64,000 bases of DNA from Octopus bimaculoides. Taxonomy: Eukaryota. Positions 50,546 to 64,000 of this stretch are shown here, in pieces. Positions within the stretch are counted from its first letter, which is position 1, and the number at the start of each line of letters is the position of its first letter. Location: contig NC_068985.1 of NCBI RefSeq assembly GCF_001194135.2, positions 33,864,127-33,928,126 of the forward strand, read 5' to 3'. The notes beneath the pieces are model-generated. The model was not told where the DNA came from. It did not search any database and saw only the letters and a list, made by a program, of their open reading frames with translations. The position numbers and the translations under genes were made by a program.

Positions 50546-53500
50546 CCCGTACATGATTAGTGACAAAACTGGGCAAGTTTTGGTCTTATTAGATCCCCAT
50601 TAGAAAGTTTAGTCTAACTATTCCTGTTACATCTTAGATGATTCAAGAAGTACAAAGGATTTTAGTGATAGAACATTGAGTGGCACGATAACTTAAAACA
50701 ATGACTAATAGAAAATATCCTTTTACTTTAAATATCTGTGATTGTCTCCCTTGCCGTTGCATTTCGTAACCATAATTAGTCATTAGGATGACGATTTTTA
50801 TTCTTCACTATAGGATGTAATTTTAATTAATTAAAATTTTCTAACTACATAAAATATGTAAGCACCTAATTTATTTTTTTCAAGCTGCAGGTGTTCCTGA
50901 GATGTTTACTCCAGTCATTCTCAGTCAGGTTGCCAAGCCTATGTAACATAGAAAATAAACCACACTTCCAAAATTTTCTGTTTCCTGAATGGAGTACTAC
51001 AAAGATCTGTCCTGTTTCTCACTCAAAATCTTTCCAGGCCTCTGCAAAACATAGACATCATATCACACATAAATATCCTTTTCTACTTTAGGCACAAGAC
51101 ACGAAAGTTTTGGAGAGGGGGCCAGTCGATTAAATCAACTCCAGTACACAACTGGTACTTAATTTATCGACCCTGAAAGGATGAAAGGCAAAGTCGACCT
51201 CAGCGGAATTTAAACTCAGAACATAAAGACAGACGAAATACCGCTAAGCATTTCACCTAGCATGCTAACGTTTCTGCCAGCTCGCTGCTGTGATATTTCT
51301 GTGTATCACACAGAAATATCATCACACTCATAACCTCCTACTCATAACTATTACAATCTTACATTGGTCACCTTGAAATCTGGCTCTAAAATAACGGTAA
51401 CATATGACAAATCTACCGTTACCTTCTTTACCAGAGTACATCAAATATAGCCAGCAATCATACTCAACATCATAAACTTAGTATAGCTAGTTGTCCCTCA
51501 TGAATGAGTATGGCTTAGTAACATGTACCATGCTTTTGTTAGTTGTTTTGGGTGTCTATGTAGTGTAGTCATGACCAAGACACAGGCAGCCTCGGTGCTC
51601 CTTAACCTTTCATCCATTGGGTCATCTGGGATGTGACAGTTTGTGAAAGAGAGGGCTGAATTAGCACATGACTGGTGCTCATTACAACTGAGTGAACTGG
51701 AGCAATACAAAATGAAGAACTGTCCTCATGAACACAATATGCTGCCTGGTCCAAGAATTGAACCCATGACCTGATGATGGTGAGCTGAACAGCACTTTCA
51801 CAATATAACCACAACATAACCAGATACATACACACACAAATGATAAAAATATTAAGAGTTGTATACAAAACTTCTACAATGCACATAGAGTGAAAATGAT
51901 GTACAAACAATACATCAGATCCATCATGAACATGCTAACCCTGTTTGAACCCCACTACTCTCTCCATGACAAACTACAAAGGACATAAAACAATGCACTT
52001 CTTGTTGTCACATATTTTATGCAGGCCACCTATATAAGGAAACAAAACTACTGATAATGAAAGACCAACTAGATATACAAGGGGCACAGTTCATTGCTAT
52101 ACTAAATTTCAATATTCACTGTAAGAAAAAAATTACTTCCCATAACCCAGATACTCATAAATTTGAAGCCAAGAATACGAGAAGCATTATAAATTACAGG
52201 GGACATAATTTCGATAAAATTGCTTCCCTTAGAATTATTTACACAACTGTTTGTGGAAAATCTCAAGATTTTAAAATACCACTTTATAAAAGACCTACTA
52301 ACAAAATACATATTCATTTTACAAATATCTCTGATTTTAAATATCCCCATAAAAATAAATAGAACAAACATTTAAAGCAATATTTATTGAAAATATCTCC
52401 ACATTATTAAGGTATCATATACACACGGAACAGCCTGGGACCCCAGTCCAGCAAACTTACAGCTCAGCCAACCAACCCCACTTAGGAACACAATTTTTAT
52501 TTTTATGGTTTATCCTTCACAGCCTTACCACGACTGGTAAGACTAATATAGTTGATATTCAAATCGAATATCTATAAGCTGACGTCTGCAGGAAAACCAT
52601 GAGTGATAAGAGAATTTTGAAATGTTAACATTTTGGGAGGAAGATTGGGAATAGGGGTTAATGAGATGGAGGAGTACAGGTGACAAGATTAGTGGGTCTG
52701 AGAGATGTAGTATGTAACTAGCTAGTTTAGAGGAGTAAAGGTTGTTGAAATAGTAGTGGAACAGACAGACCAGGTCAGCTTGTCTATGGCCATAAGATTG
52801 TGTGATGGAGAGTGAAATTTTGCTGTTCAGCTGGGTGGTTTTGTTTTATGAGGTTTAAGATATTCAGGTGGTGAGAACAGTATTTTATTTTCGATCTTAC
52901 TTGAGCTTTGGTCAAACAGCTGGTCAGAGCTTAAGTATTTTTTGGGTCCAAAGAGAGATGCAATTCTTGCTAAGGATTGTAAGGCCTATCATTTATAGTG
53001 ATGTTTTGAGCGTTTTGTGGGTTGTCCAAAACCAGGGAGGTGAGAAGTACAAGACTGTTTCTTCGATTTGAGAAATGAATATTTTTGTACTGTTGAAATA
53101 GATGAGAGTCAAAAGTTCAATGTATGATCAGCTATGGCTATTGAGATTTTATTATCAACATGGTATCTTTAAGTTTTAGGACTTGTACTGTGATCACCAT
53201 TTTAAAGACAGTGTTTTGTTCAGGAGATATTGATGTAGTTTGAGTATCTATATTAAAACACTCTGGCTGGCTCAACTTACATTATATAAGATGTACATCA
53301 ATAATAAAATAACACATTTTGGTCCTTAAAATTCTATTAGTTTCATCATCATCGTTTGATATCTGTTTTCCATGCTGGCATGGGTTGGACTGAGGTCGGG
53401 AAAGCCAGTGGCTGCACCAGGCTCCAATCTGATCTGGCTATGTTTCTACAGCTGGATGCCTTTCCTAACGCTAACGCCAACCACTCTGGGAGTGTAGTGG

Positions 53501-54553
53501 GTGCTTTTTACGTTTGAACACTAATTTTCATTTACTCATAAGATTGTATAAATAAAAAACGCCCTTAAATAAGAGATAAACCAATGACAAAAGAATTAAT
53601 GTTGTTTTCCAAACTAATGTTAAATAACACAAGTATTTTAAGATCATTTTCCCAAGCTAAAGCAATAGTTAGGTTTATAGGCTCTATGACAATTTCCTCC
53701 ATGTACTGTCATTCCAATTCACTAACTCCTTGCCTTGATTTCCTCTACTATCATCTTTAGCCATGTTCTTCTGTCTTTCCCTTTTTCATCTTAGTCACTT
53801 TCATCCTTCCTCAGCATATGATCCAGTCACTTCATTACATCCATCAAAGACTCTATTTCCACCATTCACTACAATTCATGGTTTGTCTTTTTCTTTGAGA
53901 ATAATACACTTCTCAATCACTGAACTATTCTCATTTCAAGTCTTTCCATCCTTTTCTCTTCTTTTGTACACATCACCTGTTTCATTACCAAAAACCATAG
54001 CATTTTCATACTTACAGTATACATCTTTACCTTTAGTTTCAGTGATATTCCCTTCCTTCTTAACATACCACTCACTTCCCTTCCTTCTTCAATGTGCTTC
54101 TCACTCGAGTCACCTTCTCCATTCAATATCTTCTTAGTAAGAAAATGTTTTCACACTTCCACCTTTTCTTTTCATGCCACTTCTCAACATTCTTCCATCC
54201 ACAAGCTACATTTAAGTGTAGCTACCATGTTAGTTAATAACATTCTTAAGTACATTTTAGATGAACCCACTCAGTGCATTTTGTACATCTAGTAAAATTT
54301 CATTCTAACACTGTTTTGATCTTTTCACTGTTTTGATCTTTTCACCCTACTGCATATTTTAAAACTTTTCATGGACCTTCAGCTTTCTGATATTCACCAT
54401 CATAGATTTTGCTTTTACATATTCTTTCTAGCTTTTCAGTTGCTTGTTTAATCTATGTATATTCTCTGTTATTAACACAAGATCATTTATGTATAGCAAC
54501 TCTAAGCTTTGAGCCAGTACCTCCTTCACAAGTATAAATAGTACTAGACTGAA

Positions 54554-55675
54554 TATGAGAGCTGGCTGAAAAGTTCATAAACTGACCAAGATTCTCTCAT
54601 GGAATGTGACCAAATGAGGTTTATTTTTCAACAGTCTCCCTTGCAATCCACACTTCTTCCACTGGTGTTGCAGTACTTAGATTCCATTGGTCAAAAAAAG
54701 TCAACAGCGGATATGATGTCATCATCACAGCAATACTGGTTCCCAGCGAAGTGATTTTTCATGTTCAAGCCACAGTCATGCACAGCAGCCATTGAAACCA
54801 AGGACTTGTGTGCTGGAGTATAGTCTTGAAACAAGACTCTTTTTGTCAGTTTTCCTGGGCCTTTGGTTTTGATAGCCTTCCCGACTGCCTCAGCAAGTTG
54901 GCATAGTACTTCACTGATGGTGTGGCCCTTTTCAACATAGGCAATAAACAATGCTTTTCCATCCCAAAACACTGAGGCCATCACCTTCCTTGCAGATTAA
55001 ATGACCTTGGCCTTCTTTGGAGCAGGTGAGGAGGAGTGTTTCCACTGCATGGATTGTCTCTTTGTCTCTGGCTCAAAATAATGAACCCAACACTCATCCT
55101 GGGTTAGGGAACATTCAAGGAAACTGGCTAGGTCTGATTCAAACAACATCAGAAGATGTGGCACTTACTGAGCAGAAACAGGCATCATACCAAATTCATT
55201 GAGCAGAGAATATTCTCAACTCTCTCACAGGGTATGGTAATAGCATTGGCTATTTGATTTATAGTCAATCGCCTGTCACTCATCACCATGTGATGAACAT
55301 GATCAATATTTTCCTCAGTGGTAGCAGTTGCAGGACATCTAGACTCTCCCTTCCCCTCTTAAATTCAGCTGCCCACTTTTTCACTGTTGATAAAGCTGGA
55401 ATGTCATCCTCTAATGTAGCAACTATGTCAGCATGAATGTCCTTAGGGGCTAAACCCATTTTCTGCAGGTACTTGACAACATCATGATGCCAAAGTTTGT
55501 TGATTTTCAAGAGAATTCGCAGCTAGTTACTTTCGAAGTCTTCTTTGAACAGTCAGCTTACCTGGAAACAACAATGCAGTTATTAATAAGGGTTGAAATT
55601 AATGCATGCAAGATTTCACAGCTCAAACATCACTCCTTCATAGTCAGCCTATGAACTTTTCAGTCCACCCCTATA
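54554..55675 (-). mobile_element. Degenerate mariner element
   Basis: Imperfect TIRs (CTGAAAAGTTCATA / TATGAACTTTTCAG). ORF fragments 55283-55510 (LSTVKKWAAEFKRGRESL, HTH) and 54691-54984 (MASVFWD...TPAHKS). Confidence 0.85.
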
Positions 55676-57758
55676 CTGATCCCTCATGCACTCTAAACTT
55701 CATCTTTACCATTGTGTGCAAGCACTCATAGATTGTCATCATTATCCTAACTAAGCATTCTGCCACTCCTAACTCTCTGTGCCCACATCACCACTTCAAA
55801 TGCAATTCTACTAAAAGCAATCTCCAGATCAACAAACTCAAGAAACAACTTCCATTGTCCATGAATTTCTCTGCTTTATAATAAAAATTGCATCAATCAT
55901 TCCATTCCACGGCATAAATCCAAACTGCATTTTATTATGTATCCTCTTCTTTAACACCTTTTGCAATATATTTATTCTGTAATCCAACAACTTAATTGCT
56001 CTAAACAAATCACAGTGCAGGGGATCATCTTACTTCTTGTACAGAGACATGAGAGTCCTATACTACTACAATATGGTCATTTTTTTTTACCACCAACATA
56101 GATCTCTGCCCTTCTCTTGGCACCCCATCTTCCCAATATTGATCCACTTGCTTTTCCTTGCAATATCAATAAGCTTATTGAAAAATTATTTTAAATTGCT
56201 GAAAATATTTTAAAATTAGATATTAAAGCAATGAACATTGGAAGGGTAAAGAAAAAGTTATGTAGTAGCAAAATAATAAAACTTGGCATCAGTTTGCTGC
56301 TGGAACCATTACATTTTGTTTATGCTTTGCACAACAATAGCACAATTTTAAATGATATTTTTGTAAAGAATGGTGGGAATAGTTGAGACAACAGAGCACT
56401 TACTGCCTTACAGTATTATGTTTCATCTCACTAGCTTGTGTATACAAGTTAATATTTACCTCATTTCTTGAGGTTGATAAAATTTGTTTAACTGTAGTAA
56501 ACTGGAATTGATTCAATTGATTTTATTGCCTATGAAACACTTTTATGTGTAATTCATCGAACAACTTCAATTTATCCATTCCACTTTAAGTCAGTGTATC
56601 AATTAACACGGTAAGTACTTTCTGAAGCTAAATGTCACCAAAGGTTGTTTCATGAGGCTCCAAGTTCTTTTACTGAGGGAAGTTAATCAGAAACAGTTAT
56701 AAGTGTAATATCACACTTAAAATAAATGTCAAAATAAGGCCATATTTTAATCTGAACTTGAAATGTGGTATGAAGATCCCTGCATCAACATTAAAGGTCA
56801 GAATCAATAAAGTACTTCAACTGTCTTGTCAGTACTTTGTTATAAAAATGAGGTTAATAATCAAATTTCTTTGACAATTTAGTAAAATATATGATAAAGC
56901 ATAGTACAGCTGGGGGAGAGACTTTACATTAAACTAAAAGTGTATGATATTCTTGTGTTAAAAACATTTCTTATAGGCAGTAAAACATGAACGCTATGTA
57001 GTAGATATGTTGGATAACTGAACCATTTCTGCAAGGCCTAATTGATAATTCTGAGTCCTTGACACACCATCATCCTGCCAAAATTTTTGGGGGCTAAAAT
57101 TTTATACAAAGTACTCAACCTGGAAAAGTAAAATAAGATTCAAAGATTTATGAAAAAATAGAATATATTTGTTTTATTATTCACTCAATAGTTTTCAGTA
57201 ATTCAAATTTGTAATGATGACAATGAATAGTACAGAAACATTCTACATAATTTATCATTTTGCTTTATATCCTAGTAAATAACATTGATTTAATAGAGGC
57301 AGCTACAGAGTATAAATCAGCTTGAGAATTCATCCATGTACTTTACATAAAAACAGTATATAACTAATACTTACTGAGTAGTTTAGCAAGCAAGAAGCAA
57401 TATACTTAACTTCAATCTTTACCTATCATTCATGATTTGATATAATTTGTTTTTACATAGCATTAGCAATTGGACATAATTTATTTAATGTGGACATGGG
57501 CCAGTAGTTAAATAAAGATTAGGCATGTTATCACTATACATCTTATATGTATTTTACTGTGAAATTACAAAATTATGTACCAAAGATAAGGAACAGGTAT
57601 TTAACAAAGAAACAAACAAAAAATATCAGAATTTTAACTTGATAAATTACATAATAAATTATATGGGGCATTCATTTCTTACTCAGTAATTTTAAATAGC
57701 AACAATACTTCTAAAAATTTCAAAGGTAAATGTTGACTTTTAAAAAATTAACCCATGT

Positions 57759-57902
57759 TTAACCTTGTTTTGCAACTGATGAGAGTTGATCTCGAATCTT
57801 TGAAAGGCCATCTAACATGGTATTTAAAGTTTCTTTAGACAATTCAACATTAGCATATCTCACAGGTGCAGCTGTTCCTGATCTATTCCCAGCATCCTGC
57901 AT
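57759..57902 (-). CDS. COMMD9: COMMD9 terminal exon
   Basis: Minus-strand TTTTAATTCAG acceptor; 47 codons then TAA. Confidence 0.92.
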   Translation of the reverse strand: MQDAGNRSGTAAPVRYANVELSKETLNTMLDGLSKIRDQLSSVAKQG

Positions 57903-60900
57903 CTGAATTAAAACAAAAATCAAGAAATTTAGTGAATAAATAAACCCATTTAATCAAAAGATACAAGAAAACATTTTAGTTACGTTGAAGGGACAGTTTT
58001 ATTAATCATTTTCTTAATTTCTGGATGAAAATTATATGTAACTGCTTTGCTCATTATATTCAGGGCTTTTTAGTATACTGAATGATTTATTTGGCTGATA
58101 AATAAACTAGAATTTATAATTCAGCTTTCAAAAGACATAGGTTGACAGTTCTATTGTATTGCATACATGATTAAACTTCCTCATGCTATGCCAGCTTTAA
58201 ATAAACCATTTATTCTATGGAGAAACAACAACAGCAGTAGCAGCAGCTATTTAACATCATTAGCTGCTATCAGGTGACCTTAATGGAATTTATCTTGATA
58301 ATACTAAAACACTAGGGATGCTTGTGTGTAGCTGAAATATCTCAGAAATAGTATATTTTATCTTAATATATTTTACATATTTATTTTCATACTTATCTTT
58401 GGCAGTGCAATACAAATTTTTGTGACATTTGGATCTCTATTTAGACGATTAAACACAATTTTTGTTATTTCTTGACAAAAGAAAATACATGGCTTCCATA
58501 ATGTCAACGCACATACAAAATACACACACATATAATGAATGTCATGCCATGTCAATCAACACAAACACATGTCTACTATCTGTGATATATACACACACAC
58601 ACATAGTCTTTTTGACGTACAGAATATTTTAATCATTTAGAAATATTTTTAACTGAATGTGATTTCATCATCCATACATCTTTTTTGTATGTATGTGTGC
58701 ATGTGAGAGAGTGTGAGTGAACGTTTGTTCTCATGTATGTGTAAGTGGCACACTCTCTTTCTCTCTCTCTCTCATGCACACACACATGTCCATTTCATAT
58801 ACATGTTCATACATCTTTCACTTTAAAACAAAAATAACAGGTGATTTTCAGGATAAAAATTGTTAAAAAAAGGCTTCTACTCTTTTGCCGAACCGCTAAG
58901 TTACGGGGACATATACACGCCAGCATCGGTTGTCAAGCGATGTTGGGGGGACAAACACAGACACACAAACACACATATATATATACATATATATGACGGG
59001 CTTCTTTCAGTTTCTGTCTACCAAATCCACTCACAAGGCTTTGGTCGGCCCGAGGCTATAGTAGAAGACACTTGCCCAAGGTGCCATGCAGTGGGACTGA
59101 ACCCGGAACCATGTGGTTGGTAAGCAAGCTACTTACCACACAGCTACTCCTGCACCTATAGATTGCCCAAACTTAAATTGCAGAATTATTTTCAACACTA
59201 CAGGTAAATTAATGGATAATTCTTGCTTACCTCAAACTGTACTAAACAAGTAGGTACAGACATTCTTGAGATGGTATTAGAGGCAGCTTTTAAGTCAACC
59301 CTCCAGTCAAAATCAACAAGATGTGGCAGTGATACTAATAAGAAATTAAAGCAGAAAGTTATACATTTTTAGAAGTGGTGAGAAATATCTTTTTAAAGGA
59401 AAGATACTGCAAAAAAAGAAAAAAAAAAAAAAAGAAAAAAAATGCTTGAAAATAAAAATTAGACATTTCAGAACTCCCATTTATTTTTCAGAACACAATG
59501 TTAAGATTTTTTTTTTTAAATTAAGCAATACCATTGTTTCCTTGTTATTAAAAATGTCCATAAATATTGCATATGCACACACACACACACATTCATATGC
59601 TTCCTTTCTTATGCCAGCATAGAACATGGATATAAAATAATGATGATAACACAAAAGACTCAAATCAATTGTTAATTCAACAACCATAAAATATGCATAC
59701 AAAGAGATTTACACAGTTTGGAAGAGAATTTGTAAAGGTCAAGTATCAAAGTATTCTTTAAGCAAATTACTCTCCAAAATTATTATCTAACAATATTTCT
59801 GTTTCCTTATAAAACAATGAAATATGAAAATGCTAAAAAGAAATCATGAAACAAAAATCAGTTAATTAGGATCAGGGATTAGTCACATGGTTAAAAAAAA
59901 AACAGGCAATAGTCATGTGGTTTTGTGTTCAATCTCACAATGTGAAGCCTTGAGCAGGTGTCTTCTATCAAAACAAATCCCTGTGAATAAAATTTTCTAG
60001 ACAAAAACTTTGGGAAAGGCTATTGGATCTTTCTTTCTCTCTCTCAATATATATATATAAAGGGTAAAGATCCCCGCTTCAATCATGAATGTTCATGAGA
60101 TTGTACCTAGAAAGTTCCCCTTTGTGGCACAAGTCCGGGCAAAGTTGTTTATGGGAAACCACCAGTTGCCCATTCATACCCACCCCACACACAGCATCAA
60201 TGTTATCTAAGGGAAAGGCAAAGGCAAAGGCCAACAGACCTTGGCACCAGTGACATCGCAACTCATTTCGAAGCTAAGTGAACTGGAGCAATGTGAAATA
60301 AAGTGTCTTGCTGAAAAACAACACACAGCCTGATCTGGGAATCAAACTTACAACCTCATGATTGCAAGCCCAATGCTCTAACCACTGAGCCATGCGCCTT
60401 CACATATATACATATATATATATCTGGTCAAAGTAAGCCATTGTACCTGGCTTTCATCAAGCTTTTGACAGAGTCCCTTGCTCTGTTATCTGGAGGCCTC
60501 CAAGGAAGTTAGGAGTAGATGTGTGACTTTTCACAGCTGTACAAGCCATATATAGCGAGATTCTTGAGAAGACCAGCTCACCTCAGCAAAACTGAGTTCT
60601 GGAAGCACTGTGTTCCACCAACATGTAACATTAATTTCACACATACTATTCTAATAAACCAAACTACATCTCTTCTCTTCCTTCCATCTCTCCTTCTTCA
60701 TGCACTATGCTTATCTTTCTCTCTCCCTACTCCTGTCCTCCCTACCCTGCCAACTGCATCATTGCTATCCTGTTGCCCCCCACTATATACTTGGGCTTCA
60801 CCAGTCACTGCATTCCCCCATCCTTTTTGCATTCTCGTGAACTCCCTATTCACGCACCCTGGGCAAACCTTTATCATTCCACTAATGTCCACATCCTTGT

Positions 60901-61741
60901 ACTTTGAGAGTTATGCCCTGGCACATCACTTACTCACTCTTGCTCTCTCACTGACTGGGGTAATCACGTGCTTTCTCTATAACAAGAAACCTGTTTCTGT
61001 CCCTCTGTCACACTCTAACCTCTCATCACCGGGCACAAAGCCATCACCTTCAATACCACACCAAAGGCGGTGAGCTGGCAGAATTGTTAGCACGCCAGGC
61101 AAAATGCTTAATGGTATTTCATCTACTGCTACGTTCTGAGTTCAAATCCCACAGAGGTCAACTTTGCCTTTCGTCCTTTCGGGGTTGATTAAATAAGTAC
61201 TTGTTACACGCAGTGGTGGTGGTGGGGGGATGTAATCGACTTAGTCTCTTTGTCTGTCCTTGTTTGTCCCCTCTATGTTTAGCCCCTTGTGGGCAATAAA
61301 GAATTAAATACCACACCACCTCTCAATGGATCTTTTGTCTTATGTATTTAGTGCCATTTATGTAGGTATGTAGTTCATTGAACCCCTTTATGCCAAATGA
61401 TTTTATCTCCCAATAAAATAAATATTAGAGAACATACTGAAGTCAATTAATCAATTAAAACCCTTGAAGACATTGCTCCAGCATGGTTTCAGTCCAATGA
61501 TTGAAAACAGTAAATGGAAAAAAGAACACGAGACAAAATTTACCAAATTTACACAAGTATCAACAAAAATTAAATATCCATGAGCAGACTGCACATAATT
61601 CATGGCAAAAGTTAAAAGTTAAAATATCAAATGGTTTTGTAATGTACCTACCTTGATTCTTTATAGATGCTTCTCTCCATTTTGAATAATTGTCTATGAT
61701 GATTTTCACAAGAAGTTCTTTTAAATTATTATGAAAATTTG
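57759..61741 (-). CDS. COMMD9: COMM domain-containing protein 9, 3' part (exons 61741-61652, 59334-59231, 57902-57759)
   Basis: In-frame spliced product NFHNNLKELLVKIIIDNYSKWREASIKNQ|VSLPHLVDFDWRVDLKAASNTISRMSVPTCLVQFE|MQDAGNRSGTAAPVRYANVELSKETLNTMLDGLSKIRDQLSSVAKQG*. It matches the COMMD9 sequence as I recall it (NFHQNLKNLLTKII...SLPRLVDLDWRVD...VELSKETLDTMLDGLGRIRDQLS). All introns are GT-AG. Confidence 0.9.
58875..59158 (-). mobile_element. SINE family 1 copy in the last COMMD9 intron
   Basis: Near-consensus reverse complement. Explains ORF 58860-59123. Confidence 0.85.
59231..59334 (-). CDS. COMMD9: COMMD9 penultimate exon (COMM domain, DFDWRVD)
   Basis: Minus-strand TTTCTATTAG acceptor, GTAAGC donor. 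Confidence 0.92.
61064..61305 (+). mobile_element. tRNA-derived SINE, family 3 (other copies 51089-51288 on -, about 45600-45760 on +)
   Basis: Head AAGGCGGTGAGCTGGCAGAA...GAGTTCAAATCC, body GTC(G/A)ACTTTGCCTTTC.TCCTTTCGGGGT.GAT. Confidence 0.75.
61652..61741 (-). CDS. COMMD9: COMMD9 internal exon (NFHNNLKELLVKII...KNQ)
   Basis: Minus-strand TTTTTTCAG acceptor, GTAGGT donor, phase 1/1. Confidence 0.88.
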
Positions 61742-62334
61742 CTGAAAAAAGTAACAAAAATTGATTTACAAGGTATCATGTATTATGTATGGATGGAAAT
61801 GTTTGTCTGTGTGTATTCATATGTATTGTTGTTTGTAACTATTTAATAGTACATTCTCCATAATCAATAGCCTCCCATAGTAGCACTTTTGAACCACTTT
61901 CAGTTATTAGTTCATATACATTTCAGTATGGAGATATCTCGGTTCTCTCTAGCACTCTACCTAGCAATTCTAAATACCTCACATATCTGATCCTTGTGCT
62001 GCAGAACATATACACACTTCTTTCTAACTACCTTTTTCCTTTGCTAAGTATACCTAATATCTCCTCTTCTAGCTATTTAAAATTCAGTACTTAATACAAG
62101 ATACAAATGTAGAGTTTAACATTATTTTATAGAAACTTTTCGTTATTACAAGAGGTCTTTTCAAGTACCAAGTATGACTTAAAGCATATTTTTGTATTTC
62201 AAATGTGTATGATGGTTAAACAACTAAACAAACCCCTCATAGCTCATACTATCTCTTAAAGCAAAAGTGATAGTATAATGATGCGTATCAAAAAAATATG
62301 AGGGAACATAAAGAATTAGAAGGTGGAAATTAAG

Positions 62335-62800
62335 TAGTACAAGGGAATGTTGAAAAGTTTCTGGCTATGGGCTATGAAAAATATAGGAGGATCAGTTAAT
62401 TATGATTTTATTCAACACATTCCCCTCTTAGATTTACATATGTATTGCAGCAGTCCTTCAATTTTTCTAAGCCCTGTAAAAGAATTTGGAAGATTAGGCC
62501 TCCAATCAGGTCTTTCGTGATACCCTTAAAGCCAGGAATTTTTCAGCACCCCCTTATATATTATAAGAGGCCAAGAATGATAGTTCTGATCCAAAATGTA
62601 GAATATGTGATGAACAAGTTGAAACAATCAGCCATATTGCTTCAAGATGCTCTACCTAGGCTCCAAGTGAATATAAAGCTAGACATTGAGTTAGCCAATG
62701 CCTTCAGTGGACTCTATACAAACTTTATGGTGCTAATTGCAGAAACAGTGCAAGAATTTTATGGGATTTCATAGTCTACACAAACTGCACAATTAATGTC
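62335..62800 (-). mobile_element. Mariner-like 3' fragment in COMMD9 intron
   Basis: TACAAGGGAATGTTGAAAAGTTTCTGG end plus TTTTATTCAACACATTCCCCTCTTAGA, typical of a reversed mariner 3' end. Heavily decayed. Confidence 0.5.
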
Positions 62801-63219
62801 AATTGGTCTGATATTATTGTTAAAAGATTTTAAAAATGAAACATGCCTACACATTGATATGACTAAACTATCTGACAAAAGTGTCTCAGCTAAAGATACA
62901 TTTGCCACCTTGTCTAAACATCACATGATGGTTGGAAATGAGCATCATCATCATCATACAAGTGAGGGTGTTTATTTCTAGTCTTTCACGAAAAATGTGT
63001 CTAGCAAAGGGAAAACATTACTTTGCTCGGAAACTGGTGAGACTTGGCAGCAGGAATGATATTTGAGCAAATCTGCTTTAACAAATCTCATCAGACCAGA
63101 CCCATGCAAGCATGGAAAAGTGGACATTAAATGAAAATAAATTAATAAATAGATATCTCTCTCTCTACAAACACACACAATCATCGTTTAACGTCCGCCT
63201 CCAATGCTGGCAGGGGTGG

Positions 63220-63258
<39 letters not shown>

Positions 63259-64000
63259 AAGTTAGGCTCAACTCCTTTTTCAGTCACTGTAATAAGCAAA
63301 AAAAAAAATTGTATCACTTATAAAACAGCATATACAATTCAAAGTATTGAACACATTGACTGCATCAATAGGTAAAGAAGTGACTACATATTATTTAAGC
63401 AAATCAACTAAACAGTTTAGTGATTATAATGGCTCTACACTCCAGGACACAAGTGATTGTGTAGTTGTCAAAAGTTCTATGAATGAGCATCAAAACAAGG
63501 TCAGGGCACTCTGTTTTTCTATGCACAGAAAGCAAAAAAAAAAAAAAGAAAAATATTGTTTTGAGTTATACATCACAGTGATAGCTATTAAAGAAAACCT
63601 AAAAAGCACTCATGCTAGTGCTATGATGAAAGCACTGGTGCCACATAAAAAGCACCCAGTACACTCTGCAGAGTGGGTGGTGTTAGGAAGGGCATCCATC
63701 AGTAGAAACCATACCAGAACAGACATTGAAGCTTAGTGCGCCCCTGGCCTCACCAGCTCTGATCAAACCGTCCAACCCACGCTAGCATGGAAAAGACGTT
63801 AAATGATGATAACCATAATCTATTTCTCAAAATATAAAACTCATGTTATTTAATCTATTAATAATCCTTTCTGCAATAAACACAAGGCCAATCGATTACA
63901 TCGATCCCAGTGTTTAACTAGGTTTAGTCTATTAATAATATTATCTTGTTTGTGCATCAGTTTTCTGTGATTGAAGAGCAATGCAACTAGCAAGAAAATG

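Noticed and set aside
53763-54292. Hydrophobic 124-aa ORF and neighbours (likewise 60519-61073)
   Set aside because: Pyrimidine-rich antisense of decayed LINE sequence, which produces spurious Leu/Ser/Phe-rich frames.
62050-62080. Possible further COMMD9 exon (LEEEIL, minus-strand donor GTATAC)
   Set aside because: Upstream in-frame stops, no acceptor, and it lacks the expected LFP residues. The preceding exon probably lies beyond 64000.

Overview
AT-rich animal genomic DNA from a draft assembly with six N-gaps. The repeat families (tRNA-derived SINEs, RTE LINE tails ending in (GAT)n, mariner and piggyBac-like relics) look to me like those of an octopus or other coleoid cephalopod; this is an inference, not a database result. 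Three protein-coding genes can be rebuilt by hand from splice signals and reading frames. (1) A 14-exon DEAD-box nucleolar RNA helicase of the DDX21/DDX50 family on + (CDS 15471-35881, about 640 aa, DEVD motif, GUCT region, RGG/poly-Gly tail). (2) A two-exon, roughly 162-aa THAP zinc-finger gene on + (44583-49282). (3) The last three coding exons of COMMD9 on - (61741-57759; the 5' exons probably lie beyond the window). The most unusual feature is that the DDX21 promoter plus first coding exon occurs three times (about 3.55-3.83 kb, 12.25-12.54 kb and 15.27-15.52 kb). All three copies keep the same three motifs at identical spacing, an ATG, a stop-free Lys-rich mini-exon and a phase-0 donor compatible with exon 2. 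No prokaryotic features or CRISPR arrays were seen. Exon coordinates were counted by hand and checked for frame; repeat boundaries are approximate. No alignments or database searches were run.
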